A program made the position numbers and the translations under genes. A stretch of DNA of 64,000 nt, taken from positions 163,866,001 to 163,930,000 of the forward strand of contig OZ024740.1 of assembly GCA_964016885.1 (NCBI GenBank), in the 5' to 3' direction. Below, piece after piece: positions 13,466 to 25,294 of this stretch; the stretch's first letter is position 1; every line of letters starts with the position of its first letter. The stretch comes from Eledone cirrhosa (lineage: Eukaryota). The notes under the pieces were generated by a model. It was given only the letters and a program-made list of their open reading frames with translations, searched no databases and had not been told where the DNA came from.

Positions 13466-13467
<2 letters not shown>
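13312..13467. mobile_element. Short (TA)n-embedded fold-back element with a partial hammerhead; same family as 32786-32941 and 45880-45935
   Basis: Hairpin AGGAACCAGTAAG..CTTACTGGTTCCT; GAAACGGC..GCCGT stem III on the minus strand; shared tail CCCACTCTACTACCCTAAGTATTGAGTACT. Confidence 0.7.
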
Positions 13468-13547
<80 letters not shown>

Positions 13548-13551
<4 letters not shown>

Positions 13552-13745
13552 TGTTTCTACTTTTGGCACAAGGCCAGCAATTACCCAGTACATTACTGGT
13601 ACTTTATTTTATCGACCCCGTAAGGATGAAAGGCAAAGTTAACCTAGACGGGGTTTGAACTCAGACCGTAAAGGAACGTAACTATGCTAGAAAGCATGGC
13701 GTCCAACCCTATACCGAGATACTGCCAATTCATCGCTCACTGCCA
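13548..13745 (-). mobile_element. tRNA-derived SINE-A
   Basis: Reverse complement of the 12408 and 45452 copies; adjoins (TAA)n. Confidence 0.85.
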
Positions 13746-13859
13746 ATAATAACAATATATAAGGGAACAAAGAATCAGTGTTGCATCATATACATAATTA
13801 ATATATATATATATATAATATACACTTAATGTTTTGTGGTAGATAAATATATACATGTG

Positions 13860-14170
13860 CACCAGGTCCGAACACATTTGAACCAAACATCCATTGTCAC
13901 TGCTTCCGTCTCTCCCCATCTCTCAATCTCTCACTATTGTGAGCAAATGGGGACTCACGCGCTTGCCGCCCCGCGGCCCCAGCGGACAGAATAGAGAAGG
14001 CGTTTCCCCGAGGGATGGCGAGGGAGACACGCTGGAAGAGCCATTCGAGCTCGCGCGGATCACACCTTCGGGTTGCCAACTCTGTGCCGATGGTGGTGAG
14101 TAGGGAGGTGGTCCTAGGGCTAAGGACACCTGAAGTCTCCACTGCTACGAGCTCGACCGCAAATATGTCG
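13860..14170 (-). mobile_element. 3' fragment of a CRE-type RLE non-LTR retrotransposon
   Basis: Translates as [38 protein letters not shown], the QRxSxAIxRGNA terminal motif. Confidence 0.75.
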
Positions 14171-14359
14171 GATGTTTGGAGAGTTTACCCTCCTACACCC
14201 GAAGTGCAGCAGATTCAATATGATGTCTTCTTTGCTTGGTGCATATTACACGCAGAGTGGAGTTCATACATACATACTTACATATACACACCCACATATA
14301 TCCATACATATAGGCATACACACATACCTAGACACATATATGTACTCACACGCACACAC

Positions 14360-14478
<119 letters not shown>

Positions 14479-14747
14479 TACAGTTATATGTGCAACTATA
14501 TACAGACGTTTACATACGTACACTGACATCCTCTCAGACATCCATATTCCCTGCACACAGAACGTTTGGTTAATAGTAATAATATATTTTCAACGAGAAT
14601 AGAATCTGTTGAGCGATGAATGAACGCAGCTGCAATTAGTGGTGTCCGAAGATGAACAGATAAATTGGGAGTAATTGGAGGGGATGATTGTTGTTAAAAA
14701 TATTTAAATGTTCAATCATGAAACATTGTAGACTATATATATATATA

Positions 14748-14803
<56 letters not shown>

Positions 14804-14806
<3 letters not shown>

Positions 14807-14901
14807 GGTGTCCCAAAAAATGTATACACACTTCAACACCATTCTAATAAATATTGTCTGTACAGGTAATCAAAGTGTGTATACATTTACTTTTGGACAC
14901 C

Positions 14902-14904
<3 letters not shown>
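14804..14904. mobile_element. Tc1/mariner-type MITE
   Basis: TIR CAGGGTGTCC..GGACACCCTG with TA on both sides; further copies at 33691-33791 and, partially, 37170-37245. Confidence 0.85.
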
Positions 14905-14954
<50 letters not shown>

Positions 14955-15064
14955 AGTACTCCGTATTGTGGGTAGTTTTAACGTACAGCGTTGTTTGACT
15001 CAACAAGGTTTCCTTAGTTATGTGGCGAGTTCTCGGGAATTCCTATGCAATCTTGAAGTAATAA

Positions 15065-15334
15065 TAGTGAAAGAGTGAAGAATAACATGGTCAACACTAC
15101 AAAATGGTTTTATTTACAGTATTAACAATTTTTTGAATTCTCCTAGTATATTACAAACGCCGTGTGTAATTTTTGTCAGTTATTCCGATGATTTGATTAG
15201 GCATACATGTATTTAAGATTGAGTGACACAACTTCAAGTGATTATCAATTTTAGACACCCTAACCAATGAAACAATCTTTAATACTGTAAATAAAACCCT
15301 TTTTGTACTGTTGACCATGTTATTCTTCACTCTT

Positions 15335-15340
<6 letters not shown>
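15065..15340. repeat. Inverted repeat (about 60-bp arms) enclosing a degenerate hammerhead (15177-15288, +)
   Basis: TAGTGAAAGAGTGAAGAATAAC.. paired with ..GTTATTCTTCACTCTTTCACTA; internal CAGTTATT-CCGATGA..GAAACAATC..AATACTG. Confidence 0.75.
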
Positions 15341-15369
<29 letters not shown>

Positions 15370-15370
<1 letters not shown>

Positions 15371-15420
15371 TGAGATTCTACAGGACTAGAACTGTTTCAT
15401 TATTTAGAAATCATCAGGAA

Positions 15421-15426
<6 letters not shown>
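15370..15426 (-). ncRNA. Type I minimal hammerhead ribozyme making up an entire (TA)n insert
   Basis: Minus strand reads ATGAGATTC-CTGATGA-tttctaaataat-GAAA-CAG-ttctagtc-CTG-TA-GAATCTCAT; 9-bp stem I, GUA site. Confidence 0.82.
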
Positions 15427-15465
<39 letters not shown>

Positions 15466-15631
15466 TAAACGGAAAAGAAAATGCTGAAAAATTGTTCACA
15501 GTGAAAAATAGTTTAATTAGGAATAAGTGAGAATTAGTAATAGTATTGGTTAGTATTCAGTTTTGGTTTTAATTTTTACCGGTTGCGCATTTCTAATGCT
15601 TTTCAAAAATAATTTTGAGATAGAGCGTCCG

Positions 15632-15678
<47 letters not shown>

Positions 15679-15686
15679 TATATATA

Positions 15687-16002
15687 GGAAAAAAAGATGA
15701 AATCGAAAATGCAACTAGAGTCTTTTTAAGAATATTTATTTGGTTCCTTTACCGGTTTCACAGTTCTTATGCTTTTCAAAAGTAGAGTTGAGATGGAGGG
15801 CTTGTGTTTTTTTCTCGCAAAAACCACAAACCCTCCATCTCAATTCTACTTTTGAAAAACACAAGAACTGTGAAACCGGTAAAGGAACCAAATAAATATT
15901 CTTAAAAAGATTCCAGTTGCATTTTCGATTTCATCTTCTTTCCTTATACTCTTTCACTCGTGTAGGACATCTCGTTTTTTTTCATTTTGGAAAAAAACGC
16001 TC

Positions 16003-16012
<10 letters not shown>
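15687..16012. mobile_element. Solo fold-back pseudo-LTR of the Penelope element at 47423-53516
   Basis: Arms about 15687-15817 and 15822-15943; sequence matches 47423-47620; contains TTGAAAA..GAAACCGGTA at 15849-15884. Confidence 0.85.
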
Positions 16013-16074
<62 letters not shown>

Positions 16075-16158
16075 ATAAATTAACGGAGGCATAGGCCCTC
16101 GCTATTCCCTGTAAATAATGTGCTCAAAGGAGAAGAGATGCTGAGCTCTTTAAAATAC

Positions 16159-16352
16159 AATATGTTGAAAAGGTAACACACAAGAGAGAGATATACAGTG
16201 CGTTATCAATAATACAGGGAAAAAACCCACCAGTGTATGGAATCTATTGTCTGCCTTTCATAGGTTATAGATTCCATACACTGGTGGTTTTTTTCCCTCT
16301 GTATTATTGATAACGCACTGTATATCTCTCTCTGGTGTGTTACCTTTTCAAC

Positions 16353-16357
<5 letters not shown>
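16159..16357. repeat. Fold-back inverted repeat (about 89-bp arms, about 19-nt loop)
   Basis: AATATGTTGAAAAGGTAACAC..GGAATCTAT paired with ATAGATTCC..GTTACCTTTTCAACATATT. Confidence 0.9.
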
Positions 16358-16388
<31 letters not shown>

Positions 16389-16463
16389 GTTGAAAAGGTA
16401 ACACATATATATTGTTTTTGGCAGAATGACTCTCCCAACGTATAACGATATATATATATATAT

Positions 16464-16877
16464 ATGTAAAATAAAGTTAAATAAAAAGTCAAATGTTTAA
16501 AATTTAGCTTCGTTTATTACTGCTATATATATTTCAGTGACAGCCATCTTTGGCTGTGACCTCTTCAGGCAGTCCGAATTAGTGTGGTATAGACAAGTAC
16601 ATATGTTGTTGAGGTGTATAATTTTGTCAATACTCTGATATGTCCAGTTCCTGGTTAGGTTGTTATTTCTCTGAGGAACTGGAATCATATGATTCCAGTT
16701 CCTCAGAGTATTGACAAAATTATACACCTCAACAACATATGTACTTGTCTATACCACACTAATTCGGACTGCCTGAAGAGGTCACAGCCAAAGATGGCTG
16801 TCACTGAAATATATATAGCAGTAATAAACGAAGCTAAATTTTAAACATTTGACTTTTTATTTAACTTTATTTTACAT
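16464..16877. mobile_element. Fold-back Penelope-type insert with 175-bp inverted arms, each carrying a hammerhead
   Basis: Arms 16464-16638 and 16703-16877; internal perfect palindrome 16669-16708. Confidence 0.88.
16768..16822 (+). ncRNA. Type I hammerhead ribozyme (mirror copy 16519-16573, -)
   Basis: ACTGC-CTGAAGA-ggtcACAGCCaaagatGGCTGTcact-GAAA-TATATAT-A-GCAGT. Confidence 0.82.
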
Positions 16878-16964
16878 TACTCCGGAGTAACCAAACCAAC
16901 CTGCGCACTTCGTCGACTGCTCCAGCCTGCATACTGAGGTGTTGGTATACAACCAACATATACT

Positions 16965-17029
<65 letters not shown>

Positions 17030-17277
17030 TGAAACAAAACACAGAAAGCAAAATTACACAATTATATTAGGTTCATGCTTGGAGGAAGTGGAGGAGGAAT
17101 TAACGTTTCGGATAGCATTCCTTCTTCAGGAAAGTTCGTCAAGGAGAGAACAGATAGACTTATGAGCAGTGTTGGAAGGTTAAGAAAGGAAGTTAAAAAA
17201 AAGAGTGTGTGCATATCTATATAAAATTATAAATTTGAAGAATAGACAGACAAAATGTATCCAATGTTTTTCCTCCC

Positions 17278-17481
17278 TAGTCCGTAGAAATCAACCAGAT
17301 AAATAATCAATTAAACGGGGCTAAGTTTAAAATGTAACTTTGAAGAAATAACAGATACATTTTATCTATTTTCCTCTGTGAGGAACACAAAATTTAGCTA
17401 CTCTTTACTCTTAGTCCGTAGAAATTAACTAGACAAATAATCAATTAAACGGAGCTAAGTCTAAAATGTAAGTTTGAAGAA
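17278..17481. repeat. Direct duplication of about 70 bp
   Basis: TAGTCCGTAGAAAT..AAATAATCAATTAAACGG..TTTGAAGAA at 17278 and 17412. Confidence 0.8.
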
Positions 17482-17754
17482 GAAAAAAAAAAATGCACAC
17501 ACTCGTTTTAAAATCTTTTTAATATGGTGACTGCTCTCCCTATTTCCTGCGCACTTATGAGCTTTGAGCTAACGAATTAGTCTGAATGGAGCCGCTTGGC
17601 CTTCAAGAAAGAGCACCCAAATCTCGATCAAAGCACGCTCTACAGTTCTAGATAAAAAGGATACATATAGGATTGAGCTTAATTAAACGAGATAGTCACA
17701 GTTAGAACGCTTCTTATCATAGATATGCCCAATCAGTGTTGATTTGGGGCTCAG

Positions 17755-17905
<151 letters not shown>

Positions 17906-20143
17906 GAAATTATATTCTCTCAAAATACAACAGCCAACAACCATTGATACCTTGGTATTCTCTCTCTCGCCACCCTCTCCCACTCTCTCACTTCTACCGA
18001 TCTCCTCTACAATGTAATCTCCTTTGTATTTTCAATTTCTACTCTTCTTCAACTTAATGCCCTTCAATACACCTCCTCCTCCTCACCACCACCACCATCA
18101 CCACCACTCCTTTTATTATCTTCCAAGCCCCTTGCCGTTTAAGTGAAGTTACGGGAACATTCTCATTACCGTTTTGTGCAGTGCCTTAATCGGATCCTGC
18201 ACTTCTAGCTTCAAAGTATGGATATGAAGTGCTTGCACGAGATTGGATTCAAGAGTGCTTGAGTGGTTTGTGGAATTTAAATTTAAGTATGAGAATAATT
18301 TTTAATAGGAATTCTGATATGGTAAGATGTTTATAAATCTTTCTTTTAATCCCTATCATGTAACATCATGTAACTTAGAGCTTTTATTCATTGATTATTG
18401 ACTGTTTTCTCCCTGGTTCCTGTATGTATGGCGTGTCAGGTACCTCATTAGAGTTACTGGTAGCATGTAATCTAATACAAATCGTTGCAGCTTTGAGTCG
18501 TCGGCGATTAAAACGGAAACCTCACAACCCTGTTTGGCGAGGAGGTTGAATTTTGGACACCTTGTGCGAAAAACAAACAAAACCTGTCTAAGGGCAGATG
18601 AACACATGGAAGTAAGCAGTCATCCAATAGCGTGTACATATGTCTGTGTGTGTGTGTAAATATGTGTGCGTGTGTACATTTGTGTGTGTACATATGTGTG
18701 TGCGTGTGTACATATGTGTGTGTGTGTACATATGTGTGTGCATATCTATATGTATTTTCATATGCATGTAAATGCATATGGGAGAAGAACACCCATACTA
18801 AGATCGTGTGGGTGTTTGTAATCTTTTGTCGTCTTGTTAACCTATTTATTGGTTGGTCTGCATCCATGTTGTTCTATGTTGTAAACAAAACGTGTTATGT
18901 CAGTTCCACCACGAAAAAAAACAAAAACAAAAAAAACAAAAACAAAAAAACAAAAAAACAAAAAAACAAAAAAAAAACAAAAAAAAAACAAAATAAATAA
19001 AACAAAACCAGAAAAACAAAACAAAGCAAAAACAAAACAGAAACCGGTAGTGTTGATGTGAAGGCAGCGGAATAAACAGTTATTGGAGAATTCAATAAAT
19101 ATATCATTGAATTTCTGAGAAAGTACCAGACTTTTTACATATTGTGTCAAAGGCATGTTAGTGTAAGGATATCCAGCCCTCTCCAGACAGACAATGTGAG
19201 AAGTAAACGAAGTGAAATAAATCAATCAAGATCGAACGCAAATTGTTTTGGGGGAAGAATTCTACCATTATTCTACAGCGTTCATACTGCGCAACGTTTA
19301 GCCACATTCCAAATAACCGTCGCTTTAAAAAGATTACTATTATGTTGTCGACAAGATGCTATTATAATCATTACTACACGTCCTGTTTATAACAGAATTA
19401 ACATGGGTTTTCACCGGAAACAATATCAACCATGCCAGATGCTTTGGCATCCAACAGCGGTCGCAAGATTGTCATATCGATCCGATAACACCAAATAACC
19501 TGTTTACAACTGACTTCTGAAAGTTTCCTGTCGATCTCAAGGTTTTTTGTTTCACGTTCATATAATTAGCCAGAGAGGTTAGACATCTAACAAAGGGCGT
19601 AGAAACTATCATATCAAACGGACAGTGTATATTAGCGAACCCAAGCTCTAGGTATCCAACAGCGACTAGAATGTTGTTAAATTAAGTTCAGTAGCAATAG
19701 CAACTCGTAGTTTTAACCGCAAGAAAGCAATTAAAATTCGTTAAATAAATTATTTGTTAGTTTAACTTGGTTTCATTATTTACTCAATATCGAATGTAAT
19801 ACTTTCAGTTGGACGTAGTTTTATTTAATTGACTTTCTTACACAGCAATCTGCTAGCAGAACACACAGACTTCTCTGGTTTCTATTGAAATACCAATTTT
19901 AATCGTATTGGCGACGTGGAAGAAGAAAGAAAGAAAGATAGTAAGAATTAATGAACTACAGAATTACAGAACTCTAGAAGATGTACTCCAAGACTTCATT
20001 CTTACTTTATACATGTGGTTTTCTCTCGGGAAAAAAAACTACACTTCAATAAGATTTTCGAAATATATAAATAGGCAATGAAAAAAAAAAAAAAAAAAAA
20101 AAAAAGGCGTAAATAGCTTTCAAAATAAAGTTGCAGAAACTGC

Positions 20144-20688
20144 ACAAATAATTGTTTCTACTTTAGGCACAAGGCCAGCAATTACCCAGTGCATTACTGG
20201 TACTTTATTTTATCGACCCCGTAAGGATGAAAGGCAAAGTCAACCTCGGCGGGATTTGAACTCAGATCGTAAAGGGACGTAACTATGCTGGAAAGCATGA
20301 CAAATAATTATTTCTACTTTAGGCACAAGGCCAGCAATTACCCAGTGCATTACTGGTACTTTATTTTATCGACCCCGTGAGGATGAAAGGCAAAGTCAAC
20401 CTCGGCGGGATTTGAACTCAGATCGTAAAGGGACGTAACTATGCTGGAAAGCATGGCGTCCGACCCTCTACTGATACTGCCAATCCACGACAAATAATTG
20501 TTTCTACTTTAGGCACAAGGCCAGCAATTACCCAGTGCATTACTGGTACTTTATTTTATCGACCCCGTAAGGATGAAAGGCAAAGTCAACCTCGGCGGGA
20601 TTTGAACTCAGATCATAAAGGGACGTAACTATGCTGGAAAGCATGGCGTCCGACCCTCTACCGATACTGCCAATCCACGACAAATAAT
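20144..20688 (-). mobile_element. Three tandem SINE-A copies
   Basis: Near-identical units starting about 20145, 20301 and 20491, each bounded by ACAAATAAT. Confidence 0.9.
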
Positions 20689-21049
20689 GACAGTTTTTCA
20701 TTACTGCAGTTATTTATTTATGAATTCATGTACTTATTTACATTTTGGGCGGTTTCAATTCCTAGCTGGAGCAATTTCTTAATGTGTTAATTAAAAAAAT
20801 TATTTACTTAAAAGAAAGAGACTCCACCCATGAACTTAATGAAGACCTCCGAAATATGGTAAATTGATGCAGTTGATGTTCAGCTTAAATATGTTTAAGT
20901 CAACGACTACATGGAAAGTATGGGTGGGAAGGAAATTCCAGAGATGACGTTTTGGGGAGAAAGGATTGGTGAGTGCGGGGCTTAGGAAAGGAAATCAAAT
21001 TATGGGTGATAAGAGGAGAATGGACATGTGATGTGGGATGAACCATGGG

Positions 21050-21153
<104 letters not shown>

Positions 21154-21329
21154 TATAAAACTAGCTTGTGCTGGGGAACAGAGAGAAAAGGAAGAGTAAA
21201 GCGACAGCATATCTGGAGACCACAGGGTGAGGTTAGTTGGTGAGTCTATGGTCCTAAAAAATATGATCGAGAACAACGTATGAGGGGTCAGCTCAACTGA
21301 AGACCATCGGATGCATCTTTAACTTAGTT

Positions 21330-21490
21330 TTCAAGGAGATTCAACGTGACACAATGTGTGACAAGGCTGGCCCTTTGAATTAAAGGTACACATCATTTTC
21401 ACTCCCTGAGTGGACTGGAGCAACGTGGAATAAAGTGTCTGGCTCAAGGACATAACATGCCACCGGGAATCGAACAGCCTAACCACAAAT
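21330..21490 (-). mobile_element. tRNA-derived SINE, third family
   Basis: GTGACAAGGCTGGCCCTTTGAA..GTGGACTGGAGCAACGTG..GCTCAAGGACA..GGAATCGAAC; relatives at 23720-24000, 24495-24580 and 42139-42260. Confidence 0.7.
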
Positions 21491-21709
21491 CCACATGCCG
21501 CCACGGAACGAAATATATACCATACAAGATTAACAAAAAGAGAATGTAGAGCCAACAAGTGAGCCTCTACGTGGTCACTTGACCTGTCAGAAACAGCCGC
21601 CAAATCTCCTTCAAATTTCATACAACAATGTTAAAAAAGAAAAGATACATTGGATAACTTTAATCCCAGGTCAATTTAATTAGATCTGATCTCGGCGCAA
21701 TAACAACAT

Positions 21710-21990
21710 CTGCTTCCTTAGCCGAACGGAATAAAATCCTAAAGCACCGGGAATTATCAAATAACTATTTTTTCCAGCTTATGGCGTTCCAGACGTTTGG
21801 TGGAGCTGGGCCCGCTGACAGTAAAGTTCTTGAAAACGTTAGCAGCTCGCCTTGTCGAGATGTTAGGTGATGCTCTAAGGATGCTTAGTTGTTTCAGTGC
21901 CTTAGCCTCGCCACCACCTGCGGTAATGCTGAGAGCGTGTTAACTTGCCTCAAACATTTCCGATGATCCTTGTGGTGTGTGGCCATTTTG
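21710..21990 (+). mobile_element. Degenerate 3' fragment of a CRE-type RLE retrotransposon (second family)
   Basis: Manual translation AERNKILKHRELSNNYFFQLMAFQTFGGAGP..LFQCLSLATTCGNAESVL. Confidence 0.6.
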
Positions 21991-22280
21991 TGTTGAATTG
22001 TCTTTTTTCTCTCACTTTGATTATATATTTCTGTGTATTATATTTATAAAGTTCCTAGCAATAATTCATTGATTACTTATATGTACTTCTATTTAATCTT
22101 ATAAATTTGTTATATGATAATAAATATTTAATATATAAAAAAAATAACAATAACAATAACAAGAAAATGAGTAAAGACTGACTTTTACTTAACGAAATAG
22201 AAAAGGAGTAGTCTAATATGTAAAGGAAAGAGCACAAAAACACGAAAGATATGAAAATGCAATAATAAAAAAAAATCTCA

Positions 22281-22605
22281 AAATATCCGTCGCACTCCGA
22301 CAGGTTTGCAGTCGAGCCTGTAGCAGTAGAGACTTCTGGTGTCCTTGACCCTAGGGCCACCTCCCTACTCACTACCATCGGCACAGAACTGGCTAACTGT
22401 TGAAGTGAACCTCGCGAACTGGAATGGCTTTTCCAGCGCATCTCCTTCACCATCCTCCGGGTACTCCTTCTCTATTCTCTCTGCTGGGGCCGTGAGTGGC
22501 CAGCGCGTGGGCCTCCATTTGCTCATAATGGTGAGAGATGGGGAGAGTGGGAGAGACGGAGGCGATGACAGTGGGAGTTTGGTTCGTCTGTGTTCGGACC
22601 TTGTG
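22281..22605 (+). mobile_element. 3' fragment of a CRE-type RLE retrotransposon (same family as 13860-14170)
   Basis: Nucleotide similarity to the reverse complement of 13860-14170, including the 3' UTR. Confidence 0.75.
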
Positions 22606-23329
22606 TATATGTGTGTGTGTGACTGATTTATTTGTCTGATTTTACTATCCCAATATGTACACAAATACACCACAATTTGTAATGTTATTTATACAACTGT
22701 GAATAATTAGAAAATATATTCAAGGTGTTAATAAACACTTCAGTAAGGATGTTTATGGGTATATTTACTCAGGGTCGAGGACCTTGTAAAAGAAAGAGCG
22801 AAACGTTGCCGTGGACTATAAAATCACATTGAGCTTCAATATACACTATTGAAACGTAAAAGAAATTAAAATATCAGATCATAGCAAAAACTTGGATAAG
22901 AAAATTAAGAAATAAAATGTAAGCGATTCTTTCAACAGAATTAAAAGTTTGATAAAAAAAAAAAAATCAAATAAATTCTGCTGGGAGATTAATTAAAAAC
23001 ATGAAAATAACTTTACAGTGGAATACAAACCAACAACAAAAGACATACAATCCTATCGGGAGAACACTTTGAGGCGAAGTAGGAGACGATATATGAACAA
23101 CAGATTAGGAAAAATATAGAAATGTTCCAGCGAAGGTAATCATTACATACTCATTCGACTTGCTAAAAAATGCAGCCTAATCTGTCTGAGATCATATTCT
23201 AATTTCTTAAATTACGAAGGAATCATTGGATAATATAGTACTGTTCATAAAAAGCGATGTGATGGTAAAAACTAGAACATATTTGGTTAAAGATCTGCTC
23301 GGCCAAAACTGATCTGGATTAAACAACGA

Positions 23330-23524
23330 CAGACCTGTCAACTCTCCCCCATCCGATTGGGAGATCTCCCACCTACTTTGGGGTGGGTGAGAGATGTCTT
23401 CTATTGCAAAAATGAGTATAACTTTCATTATGTAAAATCTCCCCATTTTGCCTAATTTCTCCCGTTTTGGGGCACTTTTTTTCATGGTACTCCCCATTTG
23501 GGTTTTTAGAAGTTGGCAGGTCTG
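23330..23524. mobile_element. MITE with 14-bp TIR
   Basis: CAGACCTGTCAACT..AGTTGGCAGGTCTG (13/14 match); CAACGA directly on both flanks. Confidence 0.8.
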
Positions 23525-24104
23525 CAACGACAACAACCCACCCCCACCCTTAAAACATACCAGTTCAAGTATGGCGTAGCATAACAAGTGGAGAATTTAC
23601 CAGTACTTTAAAGTTTAATAACTGAGAAGTTCATAAAATTGATAAAGTCTGGATAAATTATTAAATAGCACATATGTAATTGCAGTAATAGTATTCAATG
23701 AATTATTTCATAGACCATCTCACGACCATAAGCTCTTGAGTTCGATTCGCGGCAGTGCATTGTGTTCTTGAGCCTGAAACGCTATTTCACGTTCCGCCAC
23801 TCCACACACCTGCTAAAAAGTGAGTCCTAGTTGTAATTCAAAAATCCGAATTAATCTTCCCACCCCACCCCCACGTCCAAAGCTACGTTAAGGATGTCCG
23901 TGTCTGCGGAATGCTCAGTCACTTAAATATTAATTTCCTGAGCAGCTATTCCGTAATTCGAACAACTAGAACACTCATCAACGGAACCAACGGAGCTTGA
24001 ATACCCCATCCCCCACACATACATAAGTACTCACTGGAATGAGGACCTGACAGTTTTTTAAAGAGGAAAATAATATTAATTTTCCCTAACAACTGATTAA
24101 TAAG

Positions 24105-24362
24105 TGGAGGTGTGTGGCCTAGTGGTAAGGATCATAATGCCGTGAGTTCGATTCCTGCGCTGGGTTGTGTGTTGTGTTCTTGAGCAAAACATTTCATTTG
24201 TTATTGTTCCATTTCATTTCATATAGCTCCAGTATACACAGCTAAAATGAGTGCCAGCAATAACTGGGGTTTTAACCCTGCGATGGACTGGCATCCTGTC
24301 CAGGAGGGAGTTTTGTACTCTCAGTCGCTTCACGCCATGAAACCAGGATAAGCACTGGCCTA
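24105..24362 (+). mobile_element. tRNA-derived SINE with a CCTGCGATGGACTGGCATCCTGTCCAGG body
   Basis: A box TGGCCTAGTGG and B box GAGTTCGATTCC; its 3' part resembles positions 20-70. Confidence 0.75.
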
Positions 24363-25159
24363 ACGAAACTTTAGACTTAAACTGATTAATAAGCTGTTAA
24401 ATAAAAATATATAAAGTCCTAACTTTGTATTCTCGAGTGGACGCAGCATGGCCGAATGCCTAAGAAATTTGGGTATGTGGTTGGGCTTTTCACAAACACG
24501 TGCACTATTAACGTAATCCTCAGTGAGATTCAGCGTGACAGTGTGCGACAAGGCCGGTCCTTTGAATTAAAGGTACAGTCCACTCGATGGTCTTCCGTAT
24601 AGTTTCCGTCTACCCAATTTCACTCACAAAGGCAATCTAATGTTTTAAAAAAGAAAGTGACATTGTATAATGAGGTGCTAGATACATTAAGGTCGAATAA
24701 ACGACAGAATGGATACGACTGGAATGCCTTTGATCATACGTTTGTCGTATCAGGGCTAAACAGCCAGTCCACGAAATTTTCTCAATTATGAGCATACCCG
24801 TGGTTAGCTCGACGATACAAAGAATAAAGAAAATTACGAAATTAAGCTATGTGGTAAAGAAGTATTGTGGAAACGGTCTTCGAGTTGGGAGAAGGATTTA
24901 GTTGAGGGAAATCATGTGGATTTTTTTCTCCTAAATGGCGGACTGAATACACACGTGCTTTTTGTCAAAAATGTTTTTCCGTTCCTTCCTCTTGTCACTC
25001 TCTATCTTTCTATTTCATATTTTATTTCTCATTCTGACGAAAAACAAGTGTCCAAACATAAAGATTCTTTTCCTACTAAATCAAGCGTTAAACTACTATA
25101 TTGCTTCATTGTACTGTGTTGTTTGCTTTGTTTTTTCCGTTTCCATTTTGCACGCACGT

Positions 25160-25255
<96 letters not shown>

Positions 25256-25294
25256 CACACAAGAATAAAAGAATATATTTATTCAAAATAAAGA

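Noticed and set aside
17095-17140. Minus-strand CTGAAGA-agg..cc-GAAACGTTA hammerhead-like motif
   Set aside because: No convincing stem I pairing; at most a decayed copy
20144-20688. Regularly spaced repeats resembling a CRISPR array
   Set aside because: The units are whole SINE copies with no unique spacers and no cas genes; the context is eukaryotic
24105-24180. tRNA-like A and B boxes (also 511, 42139, 63280)
   Set aside because: No complete cloverleaf; they continue into SINE bodies
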